Origin: a virus
Lineage: Duplodnaviria; Caudoviricetes
Reading direction: 5' to 3' (one strand)
IMG/VR virus record: IMGVR_UViG_3300011335_000510
Location: 1-30,608 of that record
DNA length: 30,608 bases
Position 1 is the stretch's first letter. Every line of letters begins with the position of its first letter. This document shows, piece by piece, positions 25,078 through 30,608 of this stretch. A program made the translations under genes and the position numbers. A model generated the notes under the pieces. The model worked only from the letters and a program-made list of their open reading frames with translations. It searched no databases and had not been told where the DNA came from.

Positions 25078-25460
25078 TATGCGCCTGTATATATTACATC
25101 GACAGGAATTGTCGGTGTTGAAACGTCAAAGTAAATTGTTCCGTTTGATAGTATCATTGAACCACGTTCAACGAGACCTACAACGGACTCATCTGTTGGA
25201 TCTAAATTGCTGTTGCTGTTTTGTCCGTACACGTCGTACTTGTATTTACCAGCGTCAGTTAGACCAACTGTTGTTAAACGAATCTTTGTGACACGTTCGT
25301 TTTCGTTTATTACGGTAACGACTTGTGCGAGTTGTTCGCCTGTCATTTCGTACGTTAAAACAAGAAGGTAATTTGTGAATGCAACGTTGAAGTATTGGCG
25401 ACCTTCATCGAGTGAAAGCCACGCATCTTGATTCGCAGTATTTGTATTCAAATAAACCAT
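25077..25460 (-). CDS. Structural protein (127 aa), possible head closure
   Basis: GKYKYDVY.Q...NLDP...VERG motif; between major tail and portal. Confidence 0.55.
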   Translation of the reverse strand: MVYLNTNTANQDAWLSLDEGRQYFNVAFTNYLLVLTYEMTGEQLAQVVTVINENERVTKIRLTTVGLTDAGKYKYDVYGQNSNSNLDPTDESVVGLVERGSMILSNGTIYFDVSTPTIPVDVIYTGA

Positions 25461-25490
25461 TCTAACTTTTATTTGTTCGTTGAAATTACA

Positions 25491-25521
25491 GCACAGAGGG
25501 ACGCTTTGCCCCTCTATGTGT
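25491..25521 (-). promoter_or_regulatory. Hairpin downstream of the major tail gene
   Basis: CACAUAGAGGG...CCCUCUGUG on the minus strand; weak U tract. Confidence 0.55.
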
Positions 25522-25531
25522 AAAAGTTTTT

Positions 25532-26038
25532 TTAGTCAAGGATTGACAAAGGCGCACCGCTCAATTTGTACGCTCTCTTTGGAGTTTCGTGAACGAATGC
25601 CAAAGTATATCCGTTGGCGTCACCCAAAGTAGCTCCAGTCGCTGCTGTTGCAGTAGAAAGGTCTGCTCCGTACTCGTAACCAACAGCCCACCAATTGTCG
25701 TTTGAATCATTAACGAAAATCATTGGACGAGCCTGTGCAAGTGTTTGCAATTCCAAACGCTTTGCGCTTGATAATTTCTGCAACATTACATTCACAGTCT
25801 GCGTGTAAAATACTGTTCCGTTGTCGCGGTTGAAGTTAATTGTTTCTTCGAACGATCCTGTTTGCGTTGGTAATTCGTAAGTGTACAAATCACCTGCAAC
25901 TGGGCCAACGATTGTAGTAACGATTTCGTTTGCGTCCAAAGTCAACGAAGTAACTGTATCGCAAAGAATGATTTTCTTAATGCCACCGATGCCGTCTTTG
26001 CAATCGAGAGTAAATCCTGTACTTAATTCACAAGCCAT
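25532..26038 (-). CDS. Major tail (tube) protein
   Basis: MAC...G...CKDGIGGIK, NGTVFYTQ, GDANGYTL motifs; directly after the capsid gene. Confidence 0.8.
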   Translation of the reverse strand: MACELSTGFTLDCKDGIGGIKKIILCDTVTSLTLDANEIVTTIVGPVAGDLYTYELPTQTGSFEETINFNRDNGTVFYTQTVNVMLQKLSSAKRLELQTLAQARPMIFVNDSNDNWWAVGYEYGADLSTATAATGATLGDANGYTLAFVHETPKRAYKLSGAPLSILD

Positions 26039-26056
26039 ATTATTAATTTTTTATTA

Positions 26057-26100
26057 GCACAAAAGAGGGGTGGTTTTTATGCCACCACCTCTCTATGTGC
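26057..26100 (-). promoter_or_regulatory. Long hairpin downstream of the major capsid gene
   Basis: GCACAUAGAGAGGUGGUGG...CCACCCCUCUUUUGUGC. Confidence 0.6.
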
Positions 26101-26120
26101 AAGGGTTAGAATGGTTGAGA

Positions 26121-27023
26121 TTATGCAGTATATTGGTAGAACGCGATTTCGTCACCGAATCCGTACTGAACACCTGCAAAGAAAGAAGCTGCGAAACGAA
26201 CGTTGTCAGACAAATCTTTGTCGTACATATCCAAAACAGCTACGCTATTCCATTGGTCTAACAAGTTAGTACCGAACCAAAGGTTGCTCTTTTGGAACAT
26301 AGCCATTGTGTCGTCAGACATACCAGGACATTCGATAATGTCGTATTGTCCCTGCCAAGTCATTTTCACAGTTTCTCCTTGATAAAGGTAGCTTCCGCCA
26401 CCAAGACCTAAAATTGCAGTTCTAAACGCTTCAGCAACATTAGAAGATACAGCGATAACAGGCTTCTCAGTAGCACGACGAACTCGTGTTGGTAAAGTCA
26501 AAACTAAACGAGCCATTTCTTCGATTACGTTAGCAGAAGTGATAGCTTCTGGAGTAGCAACGTCAAGAACAGCAGCGTCAGCTAAGAACAAAGTTTCAAA
26601 ACCTGCGTACTCACCTGCAGTTGCGTTAACACCTTGCCACATAACAACCTCGTTGTTAGCTGCAATTCCTGCCATAACGTTAGCAATAATAGCGTCCGTT
26701 AATGAAGCGTGAAGGTTTCCGTCTTGTTCTTCTTTTGCAGACCAATCCGATAAAAACGTGTTTTTGCACAATTGTCTGTGAACTTGGAATTTTTCCAAAG
26801 TCAAGATGCGCTCAGTTAAAGTAACTGTTCCTGTTGGAGTGAAGTCGCAAGTTGCGTTTGCGAAAGTGATGTTGTCAACTAAACGACGAACAACTTGTTT
26901 GTACTCGATGTTTTCTTTAAAAGTAACTGCTGCAAGAGACTCGTTACTCAAGAACGCAGCGCGGATGTATCCTGCTGCTTCACGACCTGCATAGGTAGTG
27001 GTTAATGAAGTGGTAGTAGCCAT
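26121..27023 (-). CDS. Major capsid protein
   Basis: TTYAG, TCDFTPTGTVTLTERIL...QLCK, SNLWFGTNLL...VRF...GVQYG; follows the scaffold gene. Confidence 0.88.
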   Translation of the reverse strand: MATTTSLTTTYAGREAAGYIRAAFLSNESLAAVTFKENIEYKQVVRRLVDNITFANATCDFTPTGTVTLTERILTLEKFQVHRQLCKNTFLSDWSAKEEQDGNLHASLTDAIIANVMAGIAANNEVVMWQGVNATAGEYAGFETLFLADAAVLDVATPEAITSANVIEEMARLVLTLPTRVRRATEKPVIAVSSNVAEAFRTAILGLGGGSYLYQGETVKMTWQGQYDIIECPGMSDDTMAMFQKSNLWFGTNLLDQWNSVAVLDMYDKDLSDNVRFAASFFAGVQYGFGDEIAFYQYTA

Positions 27024-27041
27024 TTTTTATTTGTGTTTTTT

Positions 27042-27602
27042 TTATTTGTTTAAGTGAAATACGAAACGTTCTTCTGCCGACATTCTGTTGTATGGCTTAG
27101 AAGGTGCGCTTTGTTTGTTTTGTTTAACTTCTTTGATTGATTGAACCGCAGGTTGTGCGCTCAACTTTTCAACGTTTGAAGAAAGTTCTGCGTTTGCCTT
27201 CTTAATGTCAGCAAGTTCGCTTTCCAACTTAGCAACCAAAGACAAAAGACCTTCAACTTCTGCGTTGAATGTTTCTTCTTTAGCTTGTTCTGTTTCTTCA
27301 ACAGTTATTTCAACCGATGGTTCTTCTTCCATTGGTCTTAATTCGGTTACAACACCGTCAGCAACAACAACTGTAACTGCTTCTGCTGTCTTGTACTCTC
27401 CGTCCATAACAACAACCTCGTTGCCGTCTACGTCTTTAGTGAATACACGAACACCAACAGCCCACGCGTCGCTATCTGAATAGATGCTTGTACCGTCCTC
27501 AAGAATCGCTTCAACCATTTGCTTCACCTCAACAACTTCTTCAGCTGAAAGGGAAACATTGTGCTTTGCGAAAAGAGCGTTTACTTTTTCTCGTAAGTTC
27601 AT
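27042..27602 (-). CDS. Capsid scaffolding protein
   Basis: Acidic protein with DGEY..V.V.DG motif and C-terminal coiled coil; ATG at 27602 preferred, in-frame ATG at 27659 possible. Confidence 0.75.
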   Translation of the reverse strand: MNLREKVNALFAKHNVSLSAEEVVEVKQMVEAILEDGTSIYSDSDAWAVGVRVFTKDVDGNEVVVMDGEYKTAEAVTVVVADGVVTELRPMEEEPSVEITVEETEQAKEETFNAEVEGLLSLVAKLESELADIKKANAELSSNVEKLSAQPAVQSIKEVKQNKQSAPSKPYNRMSAEERFVFHLNK

Positions 27603-27645
27603 ATAAGTGTTTATTAAATATTTAGTTCCTAAATAGAAAAGAGTG

Positions 27646-27653
27646 TAGATTTG
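27646..27653 (+). promoter_or_regulatory. Bacteroidota -7 element TAGATTTG, antisense to the late arm
   Basis: Identical octamer to the early promoter; no canonical -33 element. Confidence 0.55.
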
Positions 27654-27656
27654 TTT

Positions 27657-27730
27657 CATAATTGATTCTTTTCATAGTTTCTTTTTGATTTTAAGGTTTG
27701 AACGGGGGAGTAGTTACCCCCGTTTTTTTT
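27657..27730 (+). ncRNA. Candidate small RNA B (about 73 nt), antisense to the late arm
   Basis: Bounded by -7 element and terminator; contains UUUUCAUAGUUU. Confidence 0.55.
27701..27730 (+). terminator. Intrinsic terminator oriented opposite to the flanking genes
   Basis: AACGGGGG/CCCCCGTT stem with T8 at 27723-27730. Confidence 0.8.
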
Positions 27731-27905
27731 ACCCTAAAGTTTCAAGAATAGTATTCAGAACTTTCATTTCGTCTTCATTCAATCCGTACGTCTTAAACCC
27801 CATTGCGCCCTGCTCTTTTGTTATTTTAGTAAGAGCTAAAAGAAACAGGTTTGCGTCGTCGTTGAACAATTCGACTTTTAGAAACCCCCCTGCTTCGATG
27901 TTCAT
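27729..27905 (-). CDS. Hypothetical protein, 58 aa (MNIEAGGFLKVELFNDDANLFLLAL...); not in ORF track
   Basis: ATG immediately after the protease stop; open to TAA at 27729. Confidence 0.75.
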   Translation of the reverse strand: MNIEAGGFLKVELFNDDANLFLLALTKITKEQGAMGFKTYGLNEDEMKVLNTILETLG

Positions 27906-28496
27906 TTAGTTCTCTTTCAAAAGTTCGTTTAACTCTTCAAGAATGGCAGCAAATTCTTCGTGAGAGTGCATATACATTTCTTTCTCAGCAATAAAGTTGC
28001 CTTCGATTGAGAAACCTAACACTTCTTTGTTTTGAATCTGTTGCTTTACTTCTTCGTTTTCTACTTTCATGCAACCGAACCACGTTCCTTCTGGAAGTGA
28101 AAACCCGAAGTTCTTACTCTTGTCGTTCTCGCCTTCGATAATCCACGTCTCAACTAACGAAACACCGTCGACAACTTTCGCGTGTTCAACTGTTGCGTTG
28201 TTTTGGTTGGCTTGTTTCAAATAATTATAAGCGATAGCGCGAATCGTTTCTTTTGAATACTTAACGTAGTATTCCTCGTCCGTCTTTTCGTCGCGTCTAT
28301 AAATGAGTTGGTCGGGAATAAGCAAAGCGCCGTATAAAAGACCTCTAAAATCTTCTTTGAACTTCACGCTGTGTTGTTCGCTTAACGCGACAAAATCGAC
28401 ACCTATTGCAGGTTGTTCTACTACGCTAATAGCATAAACACCAAGTGTTCCTTCGTCGTCAATACCGTACTCAATTACTTTAATTTTTTTATTCAT
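27906..28496 (-). CDS. XkdF-like prohead serine protease
   Basis: AISVVEQPAI, GALLIPD..IYR, TVEH, VETW, GTW, GFSIEG motifs. Confidence 0.85.
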   Translation of the reverse strand: MNKKIKVIEYGIDDEGTLGVYAISVVEQPAIGVDFVALSEQHSVKFKEDFRGLLYGALLIPDQLIYRRDEKTDEEYYVKYSKETIRAIAYNYLKQANQNNATVEHAKVVDGVSLVETWIIEGENDKSKNFGFSLPEGTWFGCMKVENEEVKQQIQNKEVLGFSIEGNFIAEKEMYMHSHEEFAAILEELNELLKEN

Positions 28497-28507
28497 TGTT
28501 TTATTTT

Positions 28508-30322
28508 TTAGCCGCCTAAGCGAGATTGATTTTGAATGAGTTGTTGCGCTTCTAAATTGCTCGACACTTGACCGCTTACAACGTATGCTTGTAGTGGCGG
28601 TTGTTGGTTTGGTTGAATACCCAAGTAGGCAAAGTTCGACGCGGCAGGTGCTGTCATTCCACCTCCTGCACTTGGTACGCTTCCGCTACCACCACTTGCA
28701 CCACTCGTGCCACCTGTTCCTTGAAATTGTTGTTTGCTTATAACTGCTACGCGCGCAAGACCTTGAGCAATTGCTATTCCTGCTGCTACTGCTGCGCGAA
28801 CAGGTGCGTCGGGTGTTGTGATAGCCATTTGCGAACGATACGCTCCTTGTGCTGCTAAATATGTATCTATGGTAGCAGTTGCTATACTCACACCTTTTTG
28901 TATCTGAAACGCTTTTCTTTGTTGCGCTTCGCTCTCTCCTGCAAACGCTCCTGCTAAATCGCTAATAATAGATAATGAAGTTGTAACCGCATCTACTCGA
29001 AGTTGCGCTCTTTGTTCTTCTGCTTTTTGCTCCGCTTCAAGTTGTTTTTGTGAATTACTCGCTTTTAATGCTGTTAGCTGATAATGAGCTTCCATTTCAG
29101 CAGTTATCTTATCTTTTCCTTTCGCCTTATATAAACCTTTTTCAATTCTTTGCATTCGCTCATCTTCAGCCATCATTTCGTCGTTTAATTTTTTACGACG
29201 TTCTAACTCTTTTTGGTCTGCATCTTTTTGCGCTTGTTCTTTGTCGTCTTGTGCTTTTTTATCTGCCGCTTTTTTATCGTCTGCTGCTTTCTTGTCCATT
29301 GCCTTAATAGACAACTGCAAACCTGCATAATCGTTCTCCATTGTAGTAATGGCATCTTTATTCTCTTGAATCGTTTTGTTCAATTCAGTTTCCAACTCCT
29401 GCGGATCAATCAATAATCCTGCTGCCAAATTGGTAAAGCCTTCGGCAAGGTTGCTATCAGCACCAACTAATTTAGCTATTTCGTCAACAGCCGTTAGAAG
29501 TAATTGAAGCGGAGCAGTTAAAAAGCGAATAATACCCTCAAGTATTTCTCTATTTCTTTTCGCGGTTTGAACTTGCGTTATAGCTTGTTTTTCGGTAATA
29601 GCTAACTGTGCTTTTCTATCAGCTATTGCCGTTTCTAAAGCCTTCAGTTTTATATTTAAAATCTCTTTTTCACTTTTTCCTTGTAGCTTTAATATGTTGG
29701 TTTGCTTGTCGATATTTTCGTACGCTTTCTGCGATGCGTCCGCCTTTTGTTTTGAAATAGCAAGACTTTCTCTTTCTTGTTCGTTAATGCCACTTAATCC
29801 ACTTTCAACGGAAGGAAACAATTTTATTAATTCGTCGAAGTTGGCAACGACTAAAGCGACAGCACCTGCAAGTAATAAGATAGGGTTAGAAATAATTGCT
29901 TTTGCCAACGACGCAAATCCACTAACTAAACCGCCTATCTCATTTTTTAACGTCTTAAAATCAATTTTGGAAACGTTTGTTCCCATATTTTTCAACGCTT
30001 GACCTGCTCCTGCTAAATCCAAATCCATTAAGCGAGAACCGAACAAACCTACGTTATTCGAAAGACCTTCAAACGCGTTACCTGCGTTGGCACTAATCTC
30101 TGCGGAAAGGTCGCTTATGTTATCCTTTAACTCGGCAGCACGAGCGGAAGCCTTTTTAAATTCTTCGCTCGACCTGTCCATTTGTTGCAACTGGTTCTGC
30201 AACGCACGGAGTTCAGCCTTTGCGCTCTTAAATCCTGTTGCCGTATTTTCGGCTGCCGTAGCGGTTTCGCCAAGTACACGCGTTGCGTTTGTGCCTACAT
30301 TAAAATCTATCGTGTTTGCCAT
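28508..30322 (-). CDS. Tape measure protein (604 aa)
   Basis: Ala-rich helical protein with hydrophobic NPILLL segment, charged coiled coil and LQAYVVS...V...Q end. Confidence 0.85.
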   Translation of the reverse strand: MANTIDFNVGTNATRVLGETATAAENTATGFKSAKAELRALQNQLQQMDRSSEEFKKASARAAELKDNISDLSAEISANAGNAFEGLSNNVGLFGSRLMDLDLAGAGQALKNMGTNVSKIDFKTLKNEIGGLVSGFASLAKAIISNPILLLAGAVALVVANFDELIKLFPSVESGLSGINEQERESLAISKQKADASQKAYENIDKQTNILKLQGKSEKEILNIKLKALETAIADRKAQLAITEKQAITQVQTAKRNREILEGIIRFLTAPLQLLLTAVDEIAKLVGADSNLAEGFTNLAAGLLIDPQELETELNKTIQENKDAITTMENDYAGLQLSIKAMDKKAADDKKAADKKAQDDKEQAQKDADQKELERRKKLNDEMMAEDERMQRIEKGLYKAKGKDKITAEMEAHYQLTALKASNSQKQLEAEQKAEEQRAQLRVDAVTTSLSIISDLAGAFAGESEAQQRKAFQIQKGVSIATATIDTYLAAQGAYRSQMAITTPDAPVRAAVAAGIAIAQGLARVAVISKQQFQGTGGTSGASGGSGSVPSAGGGMTAPAASNFAYLGIQPNQQPPLQAYVVSGQVSSNLEAQQLIQNQSRLGG

Positions 30323-30541
30323 TTAGAAGAAGATTGTATATAAGATAAATATCCAGAACGCGACGTTTACCGAAATACGCGTTACTTTCCACAACCAATA
30401 CTTAAACATTGATAGCTTACGCTTTCCGTTAGCTATTTTTCCGCTCTCGCCTTCCGTCTTGATGTTCAACTTAATGAACTCCAAACAAGCGATCATTGAG
30501 TGCGCTTTATTTTGAAGATGTACCTTTGAAGTCTGCTCCAT
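30323..30541 (-). CDS. Small protein with C-terminal TM (72 aa)
   Basis: Abuts the tape measure start; on the circle it overlaps the end of the 26..2665 gene by 35 nt. Confidence 0.65.
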   Translation of the reverse strand: MEQTSKVHLQNKAHSMIACLEFIKLNIKTEGESGKIANGKRKLSMFKYWLWKVTRISVNVAFWIFILYTIFF

Positions 30542-30608
30542 TGCTTATAATTGTTATTGTGTCACCCATTCCGCTTAGTGTAATGCTTCCGCTACCTTCA
30601 ACCGTTTC
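30482..30608 (+). repeat. Terminal direct repeat, copy 2 (assembly overlap)
   Basis: Identical to 1-127. Confidence 0.95.

Larger units (their letters stand above)
1..30481. other. Complete circular genome of a small siphovirus-like phage, probable Bacteroidota host
   Basis: Terminal 127-bp overlap; terminase, portal, capsid, tail, tape measure and lysis genes all present; Bacteroidota-type promoter and SD-less A-rich starts. Confidence 0.93.

Noticed and set aside
27622-27675. 17-aa minus-strand leader peptide MKRINYETNLHSFLFRN
   Set aside because: No independent support; retained only as an alternative explanation for sRNA B.
1-30608. Diversity-generating retroelement, alternative genetic code or introns
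   Set aside because: No reverse transcriptase or template/variable repeat pair seen; long ORFs are intact in the standard code with TAA, TAG and TGA all used as stops.

Overview
The window is a complete, circularly assembled genome of a small tailed dsDNA phage (Caudoviricetes, siphovirus-like). It is 30,481 bp unique plus a 127-bp terminal overlap (1-127 = 30482-30608). The host is very probably a Bacteroidota: a canonical TTG-N19-TAnnTTTG promoter is present and translation starts are A-rich without Shine-Dalgarno motifs. A rightward arm (11664-19997) holds early/replication genes (SSB-like, HTH, DnaA C-terminal domain protein, initiator-like and loader-like proteins) and, unusually, the large terminase. 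A leftward arm starts at 11552 and wraps across the contig junction to 19960. It encodes VRR-NUC, a sigma-70-like factor, a ParB-DNA methyltransferase, small terminase, tail chaperone, tail proteins, tape measure, XkdF-like protease, scaffold, major capsid, major tail, portal, adaptor, GH24 endolysin, holins, a metallophosphoesterase and a spanin-like protein. I saw no integrase, DNA polymerase, tRNA or CRISPR array. Main observations: (1) two promoter-to-terminator small RNA candidates antisense to the late arm, each carrying U-rich CAU (anti-start-codon) motifs complementary to A-rich AUG contexts; (2) a 51-aa ORF whose C-terminus resembles the redox tail of ribonucleotide reductase alpha; (3) a clear -1 frameshift in the tail chaperone and a second slippery A11 tract at the portal/minor-head domain boundary; (4) two pseudoknot or attenuator-like non-coding elements; (5) a gene cassette bounded by 28-bp direct repeats. 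All functional calls are from motif recognition by eye; no searches were run.
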